Origin: Leucoraja erinacea
Taxonomy: Eukaryota
NCBI RefSeq assembly: GCF_028641065.1
Contig: NC_073386.1
Coordinates: 40,796,001-40,860,000 of the forward strand
Direction: 5' to 3'
Length of the DNA stretch: 64,000 bases
Positions within the stretch are counted from its first letter, which is position 1, and the number at the start of each line of letters is the position of its first letter. The position numbers and the translations under genes are program-made. Shown here piece after piece: positions 36,693 through 49,272 of the stretch. Below the pieces are notes generated by a model. It did no database searches. It was not told the DNA's origin and was given only the letters and a program-made list of their open reading frames with translations.

Positions 36693-37885
36693 ACATAGAA
36701 ACATAGAAATTAGGTGCAGGAGTACGCCATTCGGCCCTTCGAGCCTGCACCGCCATTCAATATGATCATGGCTGATCATCCAACTCAGTATCCCGTACCT
36801 GCCTTCTCTCCATACCCCCTGATCCCCTTAGCCACAAGGGCCACATCTAACTCCCTCTTAAATATAGCCAATGAACTGGCCTCAACTACCCTCTGTGGCA
36901 GAGAGTTCCAGAGATTCACCACTCTCTGCGTGAAAAAAGTTCTTCTCATCTCGGTTTTAAAGGATTTTCCCTTTATCCTTAAGCTGTGACCCCTTGTCCT
37001 GGACTTCCCTAACATCGGGAACAATCTTCCTGCATCTAGCCTGTCCAACCCCTTAAGAATTTTGTAAGTTTCTATAAGATCCCCTCTCAATATTCTAAAT
37101 TCTAGCGTGTACAAGCCGAGTCTATCCAGTCTTTCTTCATATGAAAGTCCTGCCATCCCAGGAATCAGTCTGGTGAACCTTCTCTGTACTCCCTCTATGG
37201 CAAGAATGTCTTTCCTCAGATTAGGAGACCAAAACTGTACGCAATACTCCAGGTGTGGTCTCACCAAGACCCTGTACAACCGCAGTAGAACCTCTCTGCT
37301 CCTATACTCAAATCCTTTTGCAATGAAAGCTAACATACCATTCGCTTTCTTTACTGCCTGCTGCACCTGCATGCCTACCTTCAATGACTGGTGTACCATG
37401 ACACCCAGGTCTCGCTGCATCTCCCCCTTTCCCAATCGGCCACCATTTAGATAATAGTCTGCTGCCCTGTTTTTGCCACCAAAATGGATAACCTCACATT
37501 TATCCACATTATACTGCATCTGCCAAACATTTGCCCACTCACCCAGCCTATCCAAGTCACCCTGCAGTCTCCTAGCATCCTCCTCACAGCTAACACTGCC
37601 CCCCAGCTTAGTGTCATCCGCAAACATGGAGATATTGCCTTCAATTCCCTCATCCAGATCATTAATATATATTGTAAATAGCTGGGGTCCCAGTACTGAG
37701 CCTTGGGGTACCCCACTAGTCACTGCCTGCCATTGTGAAAAGGACCCGTTTACTCCTACTCTTTGCTTCCTGTTTGCCAGCCAGTTCTCTATCCACATCA
37801 ATACTGAACCCCCAATGCCTTGTGCTTTAAGTTTGCATACTAATCTCTTATGTGGGACCTTGTCGAAAGCCTTCTGGAAGTCCAA
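36693..37885 (-). mobile_element. Young 5'-truncated CR1 LINE with uninterrupted 366-codon RT/C-terminal ORF (36785-37885)
   Basis: DFQKAFDKVPH...GVPQGSVLGP...FADDTKL...LVRPHLEYCVQFW; 3' UTR with ATGTTTCT tail repeats. Confidence 0.95.
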
Positions 37886-39084
37886 TTGAGTGCAGTCACC
37901 ATTGCCCTGCAGATTGCATATTCCAACCTCCTTTGCAACAACACCCGGCTGTATTTGCTTTTCCGATTACGTGTTGCAGATGTGTTTACATTCCTCAGTT
38001 TCATGTGCCAGGACCTTGAGACCCAGTGAGCTACGATGTTCTGTCGTCTCCCTTCGCTCAAGTAGGACGGCCACGGTGGCCCAGCGGGTAGAGCTGCAGA
38101 CTCACAGCGCCAGAGACCCGGGTTCAACCCTGACCTCCGTCTGGAGCTTGCACACTCTCCCTCTCCCTGCGTGGGATTTCCCCGGGTGCTCTGGTTTCTT
38201 CCCACATCCCAAAGACGTGCAGGTTTATAGATTAATTTGCCTCTGTAAATTCCCCCTGGTGTGTAGAGAGTGGATGAGAATGTGGGATAAGATTGAACTA
38301 GTGTGAACGGGTGATTGATGGTTAGCATGGAGATGGTGGACAGAAGGGCCTGTTTCCATGCTGTACCTCTAAAACAAAATACACTGCTTCTCTATTCCTC
38401 ATCCACATTGTGTAACCACAACTTCCTGTGTGTGTATTTAATGTTCCAAATTGTTGCTCTCTTGCTTGTCCTATCCACATCCCCAGGCAGGTTTTGTGTC
38501 CTTGTCCATCTGCCTAAGTATCATCTTCGGATTTGGCCACAGTGCACTCCAACCTTTCATCCAAGTTATCTGATCGTTAGCCAATTCTTTGTCCACACTG
38601 GTAATTTACCCTTTGTACTATCAGCTCATGCAGTAAAATGCTTTTGGTATCACCTTCACTTTAGACTTGAGAGATACAGCGTGGAAGCAGGCCCTTCAGC
38701 CCACCGAGTCCGTGCTGACCAGCAATCACCCCGTGCACTAGCTCTATCCTACACACACTAGGAACAATGTACAATGTTCAGAAGCAAATTAACCTACAAA
38801 CCTGCATGTCTTTGGAGTTTGGGAGGAAACCAGAGCACCCGGAGAAAACCCACGCAGTCGCAGAGAGAACGTACAAACTTCGTACAAGCAGCATCGTAGT
38901 CAGGATCAAACCTGGGTCTCTGTAAGGCAACAACTCTACCACTCTGCCACCCCAAAGGCATTGCAAAGGCATTGGGGTGGGTGGGCTTTGTAATCAGAGG
39001 GAGTAGACAAAGATTAAAAGGGTTCTGGTAAACGGAAAATGGCAAAATCACAAATTCTCTTGTGCCTTTCATGCTTTGTCTCAG

Positions 39085-39223
39085 ATTAATGCAGTGAACG
39101 ATGTCAGCAGCAGGGAGGATATTAAGCCACCCCCCGGCTTGGGCGGACATGGAAACTTCAACCCTTACAGCCCCAACTCAATGGCCAAGCACATCTGCGC
39201 AATATGTGGAGACAGATCCTCAG
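39085..39223 (+). CDS. RXRG: RXRG exon 3 (end of A/B, start of zinc finger 1)
   Basis: ttgtctcag|ATT AAT... TCA G|gtaatg; [19 protein letters not shown]...[14 protein letters not shown]. Confidence 0.96.
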
Positions 39224-41645
39224 GTAATGCATACACGACTCTGAGGCTCAGTATTGGGGGCCGATGCTCCGGACATTTCATGAGCCATCTCACATTCTGG
39301 TTGTTAGGGTCCCCATTTCTCTTCAGCCATCATTATGAATGTAGACACAAAGTGCTGGAGTAACTCAGCGGGTCAAGCAGCAACTCTGGAGAAAAAGAAT
39401 AGGTGACGTTTTGGGTCGGGACCCTCCTTCAGACTCATCATCCTCCCCAAGTGAAGATGGACAAAAATGTTTCATCTTATTGCATCCCACCTACTGTATG
39501 CCCAAGACACCCCACACACACTTTGACTCTTTAATGACTTTCAGTTTCCAGTCCCTCTGCACCTCCAACCCCCCATCAGACCCAACCAATTTCCCTCTAA
39601 GAATAATCTCCTCCACCTAGTGGACCTGCAAAACAAACATTATTGCACCCATCCTTTTTCTCCAGGGATGCTGCCTGACCCACTGAGTTACTCCATATTT
39701 AGTCTATATTCGGTATAAACCAGCATCTGCAGTTTCTTGCAACACACTGTTATAAATATGTTCTGCCCGTTGCCCATTCTGGACACAGTGTCGAGGAAAG
39801 ATTGAAATACAGGGCTAACATCCCAGAAAGGGATCATCTGGTAACCTGCATCCAGTACATTCTTACAGGAAGAACAGTGAACCACGGTGAGAGGGAGGGA
39901 AAGGCAGTCTGCTCGGATTGTAAATTAACAGAAGAGGTTTGGGTGTTGTTGGAGCTGGGGGGTGTGAAGTGAACAGGGTGGTACAGTGGTGCTTGATGGA
40001 TCTGTGCAGTCGGTCCCTATAATGATGGGTGGCTGAGAGACGGCTCTCTGCTGATTTTAATTATAGTGTGGCACGGGACTTCATAAGTTCTAGGAACAGA
40101 ATTAGGCCATTCGGCCCATCAACTCTACTCCACCATTCAATAATGGCTGACCTATCTTTCCCTCTCAACACCATGCTCCTGCCTTCTCCCCATGACCCCT
40201 GACAACTGTACTAGTCAAGAATCTATTCATCTCCGCCTTAAAAATATCCATTAACTTGGCCGCAATTAATTCCACAGATTCACCGCCCTCTGATTAAAGA
40301 ATTTCCTCCTCATCTCAGTTTAAAGGGCAAGAAGTGCTGCACTGTGGAAGGGGCAATACTGCTTCACTGTAGCAGGGTGATGCCCAGTGTTAAGGCATTG
40401 CTATGCCTGCTATGTTGAGGCACTGCACTCTCTCAACACCATGCCACCTGACATATCAACAGGGAATACTCTACTGGAAATACATCGCTGGTCAGGCAGC
40501 ATCTTTAGTTTGCGGGCCTCATCCTGGTCAGGAGCTGCCCGAATCTGCCCAGAGAGGCATGGGGTTTACAATATCTACACCCTCTACACTGTCCCATCAC
40601 ACACAGGGCTGGGACAGCACAGATTAGATATACAGTATCAGTAAGCAGTCAGGACTGATCAACAGATAGAACAGAAAAACCAGGGAGCAGCAAACTGCTG
40701 GGGATGGGGAGCAGTCAGGGTCAGTGGAGAGAGACTTTTCTAGCATCTTTAGTTTTAGTTTTGGAGATACTGCACGAAAACAGGCCCTTTGGCCCACCGA
40801 GTCCACGCCGACCAGCGGTCCTACACACTAGGGACAATTTCTAGTCTTTACCGAAGCCAATTAACCTACAAACTTGTATGTCTTTGGAGGAAACCAGAAC
40901 ACCCAGAAAAAAACCCACACCGTCACCGGGAGAAGGTACAAACTCTGTACAGACAGCACCCATAGTCAGGATCGAACCCTGGTATCTTGCCCCATGAGGT
41001 AGCAACTCTACCGCTGCGCCTCTGTGCCACCGTCTCTGTGGAGAGGGATACAGCGTTAATACAGTCAGAGGTGTTGTCTTCCCCATACCACATTAAGCTG
41101 AGACACGGTCTGGAGTAAACCCCATGGGCAGATTCGGGCAGATTCGGGCAGCTCCTGACCAGTAGGATCCTCCTGTGCAGAAACCAACCGCCTGCCCAGT
41201 TTTAAGCCGAACAGGAGAGGCTGCGCCTGGGAATTGTTGGCCTTACTGCAGAGAGTCGGCGAGCCCGCTGAAGCTACGGACCCACAGCAGAAATTCAACC
41301 TATTCCATTCTCTTTTAATATAAATGAGAGCACTAGAGCTTTGAAATGTTTAAATCTTTGATGACCCCAGCAATTACATTCAAACGTGCTGCATTATGGA
41401 TGTTTTAATTAGGGCGCTCTGCATTTGTGAGTGGAGTAGTTAGTAGCCGGCACGGGGTGCTCTGATTGATCCCACGAGGGCAAGGGGATGCCGGATGTAA
41501 TGAGCAGCACGGGTGGCACGGTGGTGGCGCAGCGGTACAGTTGCTGTCTCACCTCAGTGTAACCTGCAACCTCAGTGTAATCCTGGCATTGCCTCCTGGT
41601 CGGGCTGTGTCACCGCTGGCCCTCTCTTCACCACACTGGTTCTGA

Positions 41646-41945
<300 letters not shown>

Positions 41946-42029
41946 TAGAGGGTGGGAGACAGAGTAACGCTCCCTCTACACTGTCCCATCACACACTTCC
42001 CAGAGCAGTAAGAGAAGGTTCGATACAGC

Positions 42030-42238
42030 AATGGGGCTGTCCCACTTAGGCGACTGCCAGGGACTAATTTTAATGGGATTCACCCACGACACTTGGCGAC
42101 AACCTACGACAGCACCTACGTCAACCTACAACAACAAACATTCTCCCCAATGTCGCCGAACATTTTTCAACATGTTGAAAATTTTGCGGCAGTCGCCTAA
42201 AGTTGCCCAAAAAATCACTTAAGTGGGACAGGCCCATT
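42030..42238. mobile_element. Small MITE (PIF/Harbinger-like TIR)
   Basis: TIRs AATGGGGCTGTCCCACTTA / TAAGTGGGACAGGCCCATT. Confidence 0.7.
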
Positions 42239-42665
42239 AAGCTCTCTCGTCACTTCTCCATCACATATTGCTAGGGCAGGGACAGCACGGGTTAGATACA
42301 GAGTAGAGTATCAGTAAGCAGGCAGGACTGACCACCAGATTGAAGAGAGAAGCAAGAGAGCCACAAACTGGGAGGAGCCAGGGTGATTGTGGAGAGGCCT
42401 CCATTTTCTAGGCACTACAGGCATGTGAGATGAATACACGCCTGCTCTCCAAAGGCTTGTCCTGCCTCCCTGTGAGTTGTTTATGGGATGACCTGGACCC
42501 TCAGTGTTGGCAGAAGGACAATGTATGAGGAATGGGAGCAGGAGGGAGCTGGCAAGTGTGGGGAGAAGGGGGTGAGAGCCGCAGGGCGGCTGGAGACGGT
42601 GGGTGGGCGAGTATTGGCGCTCGGTGTGATTGCTCGTCAGTGTCAGTCCTGTTTCCCATCCACAG

Positions 42666-42826
42666 CCGTGCAGGAGGAGCGGCAGCGGGGGAAGGAGAGG
42701 AGTGACAACGAGCTGGAGCCCAGCAGCAGCATCAATGACGACATGCCCGTGGAGAAGATTCTAGAAGCCGAGCTGGCTGTGGAGCCAAAGACGGAGACGT
42801 ATGTGGAGGCCAGTCCGGGAAATTCG
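42666..42826 (+). CDS. RXRG: RXRG exon 5 (T-box/hinge, LBD helix 1)
   Basis: ccacag|CC GTG CAG... AAT TCG|gtgtgt; [16 protein letters not shown]...[29 protein letters not shown]; 161 bp. Confidence 0.95.
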
Positions 42827-43059
42827 GTGTGTAGACAGAATCCCTTCCACCTCTCTTTCTGCTTAACTTCAGGACAGGTGGATATTTGTGCCATTTAATT
42901 GTTATGATTCAGACTCTCCTCCTCTGTCTGGGCGGTCTCCCGTCTACCACCATCTTCGCCTGCCTCAGCCGGTGCCAGCATTCACTGCCGGGCACGATGC
43001 CCGTCACCCTATGTCGGATGGAGGGCTGACCCATCACAGCCCAGCAACCGCTAGCCAAA

Positions 43060-43078
43060 TGACCCTGACCTCTGACCT
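43060..43078 (-). promoter_or_regulatory. Composite DR1+DR0 nuclear-receptor response element candidate
   Basis: Plus strand TGACCC TGACCT C TGACCT = AGGTCA-G-AGGTCA-GGGTCA on minus; in non-repetitive sequence of RXRG intron 5. Confidence 0.5.
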
Positions 43079-43769
43079 GTGTCATGTGCATTGATGCCCT
43101 GGTGTGATTCTCATAAGTTCATAAATTCTAGGAGCAGGATTGGGCCATTCGGCCTATCAAGTCTATTCCACCATTCAATCATGGCTGATCTATCTTTCCC
43201 TCACAACCCCAAACTCCTGCCCTCTCCCCATATCTCCTGACACCCTTGCTAATTACGAATCTATCAATTTCTGCCTTAGAAATATCCATAGACCTGGCCT
43301 CCACAACAATGAATTCCACAGATTCACCACCCACTGACTGAAGAAATTCCTCTTATAAAGATATGTCCTGTTATCTGAGGCTATGGCCTCTGGTCCTAGA
43401 CTCTCCCACAAGTGGAGACATCCTCTCCATGGTTACTCTATCCAGGCCTTTCACTCTATTCCGACAATCAAATGCAGAGTGGCCGCTGACCTCGGTTAGA
43501 AACCACCCAGCACCTGGAGTGGTGACATCTCTGTGTTATGTAAACTGAGCGTCCTCCATCACTGCTTCACTAGATTCATGTACTGAACACAAGGTCACCT
43601 CAGTGCTACTGTGGAGAGACATCCTGCTATGTGAGCCTGTTGGCCGGGGCAGGTAGGGGAAGCTTTTGTTTTATCCCAGCCACAAGGGACTGCAGATTGT
43701 GGAATCTTGAGCAAAACACAAAGTGCTGGTGGAAATCTTAAATGTTTAAGAAACATTTAGGTATGTGTA

Positions 43770-44165
43770 AGAAGGAACTGAGGATGCTGGTTTACACCGA
43801 AGATAGACACAAAATGCTGGATATACTCAGCGGGTCAGGCAGCTTCTCTGGAGAAAAGGAATGGGTGACATTTCGGGTCGAGAACCTTCTTCAGACTGAA
43901 AGTCAGGGGAGAGGGAAATTAACAGTTTGAACAAAAGCTCAGAACAAATCAGTGCCGGCACTGATGGCCAAGGAAAGGTGGAGCCCACAATGGTCCATTG
44001 TTGGCTCTGGCAGAGGTGATAACAAAGGGATAAATGGATGTTGACGGTGGAACTATCAGAATGACTAGGGCAGTGGTGGAGGTGGGGGATGGATGAGAGA
44101 GGGAATGCAAGGGTTACTTGAAATTAGATACGTCAGTATTCATTCCACTGGGTTGTAAGCTGACA
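43770..44165 (-). mobile_element. Penelope-like 3' end with hammerhead-like core
   Basis: Minus strand LQPSGMNTDVSNFK*, pyrimidine tract, CTGAAGAAGGTTCTCGACCCGAAATGTC, family tail. Confidence 0.7.
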
Positions 44166-44274
44166 TTTGGAAGCCTTTAGACAGGTACATGGATAGGACG
44201 GGTTTAGAGGGATATGGGCCAAACGCAGGCAAGTGGGACTATATTTACTGTTCAAAATGCTTATGATCGCACAA

Positions 44275-44445
44275 NNNNNNNNNNNNNNNNNNNNNNNNNN
44301 NNNNNNNNNNNNNNNNNNNNNNNNNNNNNNNNNNNNNNNNNNNNNNNNNNNNNNNNNNNNNNNNNNNNNNNNNNNNNNNNNNNNNNNNNNNNNNNNNNNN
44401 NNNNNNNNNNNNNNNNNNNNNNNNNNNNNNNNNNNNNNNNNNNNN
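44275..44445. other. Assembly gap (171 N)
   Basis: Run of N in RXRG intron 5. Confidence 1.
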
Positions 44446-45039
44446 CTGCCCTCTGGTGGTTATTTACAAACTGCCGATCCATCGCACTGAAGTTTGCAGG
44501 GATAGGAGGGAGACTTCCCCAGTGTCGTGATTCAAGGTTGAGTTAAACCGTTCACAGTCTGCTCCAGCCCCTGCTTGCAATCCTGTGCACACAGTGTTCA
44601 GCGTTGATATATCATGCAGAGTTCATTGAGTGTGTAAACTGCTGGTACATAAACTAGAGGTCTCTGATTTGTGCATGAAAGTCTCAACTAATGTTCAGTC
44701 TGCTCGACCTCAGTATATATTAAAGAAGGAAGTTGCCTTGGTATCATTCCTCTGAAAATCCCAGAGAACTTAACAGCCAATGAGGTCCTCCCTTAGGAGC
44801 GTTGCAATGTAAGAAATGCAACGCACGCTGCCAAATACTGCAATTAGATTTTTAAAAGTTTAGAATCATAAGTGTGTAATTGTCATATTCACCAGGATAC
44901 TTGTTGCAGCATTACAGGCACAATGTACACAACACAACAAAAATAAAGGCAACAGCACACTTATAAACCCGGGCTAAACTGGCTACTCTGGCTAAACCAG
45001 ACGGCGATTATGCAAGCCAAAGTACATCAATGCAATCAA

Positions 45040-45480
45040 GTCAAGTTTATTTGTCACATACACATACAAGATGTGCAGTGAAATGAAAGTGGCAATGCCT
45101 GCGGATTGTGCAAAAACTATAGAACAGAAACAGAATCACTATTTACATTTTAGAAAAAAAAACAATTTAAAAAAGACACAACACCACAGTAAATTAGTCC
45201 CTGGTGAGATAAGAGTTTACAGTCCTCATGGCCTGTGGGAAGAAACTCCGTCTCATCCTCTCTGTTTTCACAGCATGACACCTCGGAGGCAGCTGGAACA
45301 GTCCGTTGCTGTGGTGGTAGGGGTCCCCCATAATGTTGCTGGCTCTGGATCTGCACCTCCTGGTGTATAGGTCCTGCAGGGGGATGAGTGTAGTTCCCAT
45401 AGTGCGTTCAGCCGAACGCACTACTCTCTGCAGAGCCTTCCTGCCCTGGGCAGAGCAATTACCGAACCTGATAGTGATCT
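45040..45480 (-). mobile_element. Rex1/Babar LINE 3' fragment
   Basis: FGNCSAQGRKALQRVVRSAERTMG..L..LQDLYTRRCRSRA..I..DPYH...RMRRSFFPQA.R.VN. Confidence 0.85.
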
Positions 45481-46412
45481 TTAGTAGCACTAAGTATAGT
45501 TTAATTTATTGTAACGTGCACCGCAGTACAGTGAAAAGCTTTTTTGCTGTTTATCCGGTCCGGGAAATTACTATACATGCTTACAATCAAGCTGTCCAAT
45601 ACAGGATAAATAGCATAGTTAGAGTAAGAAATGCTGTTGTTGAAATAAAGATTTAAAAGAGTGGAGTGATTGTAATGAACAATTGCAGATCCACTTCTGG
45701 GACGAATATGCAAAGATTCACCTGGCTAAGGCACCAGATGGTGGCAGGACTTTGATGCTGAGGTTGTTATGATTATGGTGGTGCAGGGGGACTCAAAAAT
45801 CTGCCAGTTGATGGGAAGAAGCTGCTCTAGAACCTGGAGATCACGATTCTCAGACTCCTGTACTTTCTTCCCGATGGTAGCAGAGAGATGCTGCTGACTA
45901 GATTTTCTACTAGTCAGAGAGTCTAGGACCAGAGGTCAGAGCCTCAGAATAAAACATTGTACCTTTAGGAAGATGAGGAGGAATTTCTTTCATCGGAGGG
46001 TGTTGAATATGGAATTAATTTCCACAGAAGGCTGTGGAGGTCGACAATTAATATTTTTAAGGCAGAGATTGATAGATTCTTGATTAGAACGGGTGACAGG
46101 GATTATGGGGAGAAGGCGGGGGAATGGGGTTGAGAAGGAAAGAGAGATCAGCCATGATTAAATGGAGTCGACTTGATGGGCCGAATGGCCTAAGTCTGCT
46201 CCTATCACTTAAGAACTTATGAACTTCCCCTGCCTTTTGTCAGACCACCTTCAGACCCAGAAGGGACTCAGCAGTGGGGTTACCTGCGCTATTAAAGGAG
46301 GGCGAGAAAATGAGTCTGAGGAAGGGTCCATGGCTTTGTTTTAGCTTGTGTGATCTGTGGTAACATTGACTAAAACCGCTGTCTGTACCTTCTCCCCCCC
46401 CCGGTCCTCCAG

Positions 46413-46542
46413 TCCAACGACCCAGTCACCAACATCTGTCAGGCGGCAGACAAGCAGCTGTTCACGCTGGTGGAGTGGGCCAAGAGGATCCCTCACTTCT
46501 CCGACCTCCCCCTCGACGATCAGGTCATCCTTCTTCGGGCAG
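46413..46542 (+). CDS. RXRG: RXRG exon 6 (LBD)
   Basis: cctccag|TCC AAC GAC... GCA G|gtgagt; [43 protein letters not shown]; 130 bp. Confidence 0.98.
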
Positions 46543-47064
46543 GTGAGTGGAAGCTCCGAACCCTCGACCAGGCCCAGCCTCGCCCAGTGTGAAAGCATAT
46601 GTTCGTAAGTCATAGGAGCAAAAATTAGGCCATTCGGCCCATCGTCTACTCCACCATTCAATCGTGGCTGATCTATCTTTCCCTCTCAACCCCATTCTCC
46701 TGCCTTCTCCCCATAACCCCTGACACCCTTACGGATCAAGAACCTATCAATCTGCATCTTAAAAATAGCCATTGACTTGGTTTCCACAGCCGTCTATGGC
46801 AATGAATTCAACAGATTCACCACCCTCTGGCTAAAGAAATCCCTCTTCATCTCCTTTCTAAAGGTACATCCTATAGCAGGAGTGCAAAGCACAAAGGGTG
46901 CAGGGAGGAAAGGGGATTGGGAGACGGGTATGTGTAGAGGATAATGAAACAGATTGGAGTTTAATGGTTGAGGCTCTGGTTAACATAGGGCAGGTGGGAA
47001 GAGTCGGCCAGGGGTGCAGAGGGAAGGAAAATTAACAAGAGACTGTAGATGCTGGAATCTTGAG

Positions 47065-47895
47065 CACGAACCTGTGACAGAGGTTCACATGCACCTCCTC
47101 CAACCTCATCTACTACATTCGGTGCTCCCAATGTGGCCACCTTTATATCAGCGAGATCAAACATAGACTACTTTATTATAGTCTAGAGATACACCACGGA
47201 AACAGGCCCTTCGGCCCACCAAAGATAGGCACAAAATGCTGGAGTAACTAGGCGGGACAGGCAGCATCACTGGAGATCAACACCCTTCTTCAGAATCGAT
47301 AGTAGGATTAGGTGAGAAGAAGGGTCTCGACCCGAAACATCACCCATTCCTTCTCTCCAGTGATGCTGCCTGCTCCACAGAGTCACATCAGAATGTTGTG
47401 TCTATCTTCAGTGTAAACCAGCATCTGCAGTTCCATCTTGCACCTTCCGCCTACTGTACACTAACAGTGTCCTACACATTAGGGACAATTTACAATTTTT
47501 ACCGAAGCCAATCAGCCTACAAACCCGCACGTCTTTGGAATGTGGGAGGAAACCAGAGCATCGGTGGAAAACCCACATGGTCACAGGGGGAATGTACAGA
47601 CTGGGTACAGATAGCACCCACAGTTAGGATCGAACCCGGGTCTCTGCCGCTGTAAGGCAGTAACTTTACCGCTGCACCACCTTGCGCCAAATACTTTGTT
47701 GGGTCTGCCAAGGCCTGCTAGATCACCCGGGTTGCTAACTCCGCTTCCCGTTCCCACACTGACCTTCCTGACCTGAGCATCCTCCATGGCCGGAATGAGG
47801 CCACACCAAACTGGAGGAAAGGAACCTCCGATTCCGCTTGGGTAGCTGACAACCCACTGGTATGAACATTGAATTCTCCAATTTTAAGTAACACC
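47065..47895 (+). mobile_element. Penelope GIY-YIG endonuclease remnant split by a V-SINE (about 47170-47680, -) that itself contains a palindromic PLE mini-element
   Basis: QRFTCTSSNLIYYIRCSQCGHLYI.E.KHRL, then ...FRLGS.QPTGMNIEFSNFK*. Confidence 0.7.
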
Positions 47896-48070
47896 TGTCC
47901 ATTTTCTCCCCCATCTCTTTCCTGCCCAACCATCCACCCTGGTGCACCCATTACCCTCTCCCACAGTGGGCCCAAGGGCCTGTTTCATTAGTTCTAGAAG
48001 CAGAATTAGGCAAGTTGGCCCATCTACTCTGCCAGTCATGGCTGATCTATCGTTCCTTCTCAACCCCATT

Positions 48071-48533
48071 AACCATATAACCATATAACAATTACAGCAC
48101 GGAAACAGGCCATCTCGGCCCTACAAGTGCATGCCGAACAAATTTTTTTCCCCTTAGTCCCACCTGCCTGCACTCGTACCATAACCCTCCATTCCCTTCT
48201 CATCCATATGCCTATCCAATTTATTTTTAAATGATACCAATGAACCTGCCTCCACCACTTCCACTGGAAGCTCATTCCACACCGCCACCACTCTCTGCGT
48301 AAAGAAGTTCCCCCTCATATTACCCCTAAACTTCTGTCCCTTAATTCTGAAGTCATGTCCTCTTGTTTGAATCTTCCCTATTCTCAAAGGGAAAAGCTTG
48401 TCACATCAACTCTGTCTATCCCTCTCATCATTTTAAAGACCTCTATCAGGTCCCCCCTTAACCTTCTGCGCTCCAGAGAATAAAGACCTAACTTATTCAA
48501 CCTATCTCTGTAACTTAGTTGTTGAAACCCAGG
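48071..48533 (-). mobile_element. CR1 LINE 3' fragment inserted in another CR1 tail with CCCATT TSD
   Basis: LSYRDRLNKLGLYSLERRRLRGDLIEVFKMMRG, TRGHDFRIKG..FFTQRVVAVWNELP; TSD at 48065-48070 and 48534-48539. Confidence 0.85.
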
Positions 48534-48723
48534 CCCATTCTCCTGCCTTCTCCGCATAACCCCAGACACCCGTACAAATCAAGAAACTGTCGATCTCCGC
48601 TGTAAAAATATCCATGACTTGGCCTCCACAGCCATCTGTGGTTTCCATGTTGTGTCTCTAAACTAAAACTAAAAGGTGTGTGTGCTGTGGATTGGAGGCT
48701 CACCCTGTGCGTCTGCCCTGCAG

Positions 48724-48856
48724 GCTGGAACGAGCTGCTCATCGCCTCCTTCTCGCACCGTTCCATCTCGGTGAAGGACGGCATCCTCCTGGCCACCGGG
48801 CTGCACGTGCACCGCAGCAGTGCCCACAGTGCCGGCGTCGGCTCCATCTTCGACAG
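48724..48856 (+). CDS. RXRG: RXRG exon 7 (LBD)
   Basis: cctgcag|GC TGG AAC... GAC AG|gtaggg; [45 protein letters not shown]; 133 bp. Confidence 0.98.
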
Positions 48857-49272
48857 GTAGGGGAACCGCTGGCCGCGCTCCAGTGCCCTTCCTCCTCTCT
48901 CCCTCCTCCTCCCTACGGCTCCACGCCAGTCGCTGTCAGTGCGTTGGGAGACGATGCTTTACCCACCCTTCCGCACCACCCCGTACCCGACCCGCCGCCT
49001 CCCCCTCCATCACCCCTCTCCCCTCCCCTCAGGCCCATTCTGGAGCGCTGGTGCCCTGTGACACCTCCAGTGAGAGGGCAGTTGTTCGGGTCGGGCCCCT
49101 TCACTGTGTGAATTCGCCCTGGTGTAGGGCAGCGGAAACAAGTGGCCGAGTGTGGGAGAGAGGAACGGGGAGGTCATTAGTGGGACTGATGGGCCTGCTC
49201 CACTGGGGGCTGGCAGGGAGTCGATGAGCTGAATGAGTTTTTTATTCGTTCAGCCCATGTCTCTCCCTCAGG

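Noticed and set aside
36785-37885. Longest ORF in the window (366 aa) as a host gene
   Set aside because: It is the RT/C-terminal part of a 5'-truncated CR1 LINE with its own 3' UTR and tail, lacking a real start
40524-41163. Short inverted match (CTGGTCAGGAGCTGCCCGAATCTGCCC) and a degenerate direct match 40620-40742 / 42280-42410 around exon 4
   Set aside because: Short and diverged; cannot be distinguished from fragments of an unrecognised old repeat without a genome search
42827-42877. In-frame alternative donor (CAG|GTGGAT) that would add 17 aa to exon 5
   Set aside because: The 161-bp exon matches the conserved RXRG structure; the extension has no RXR similarity and there is no transcript evidence
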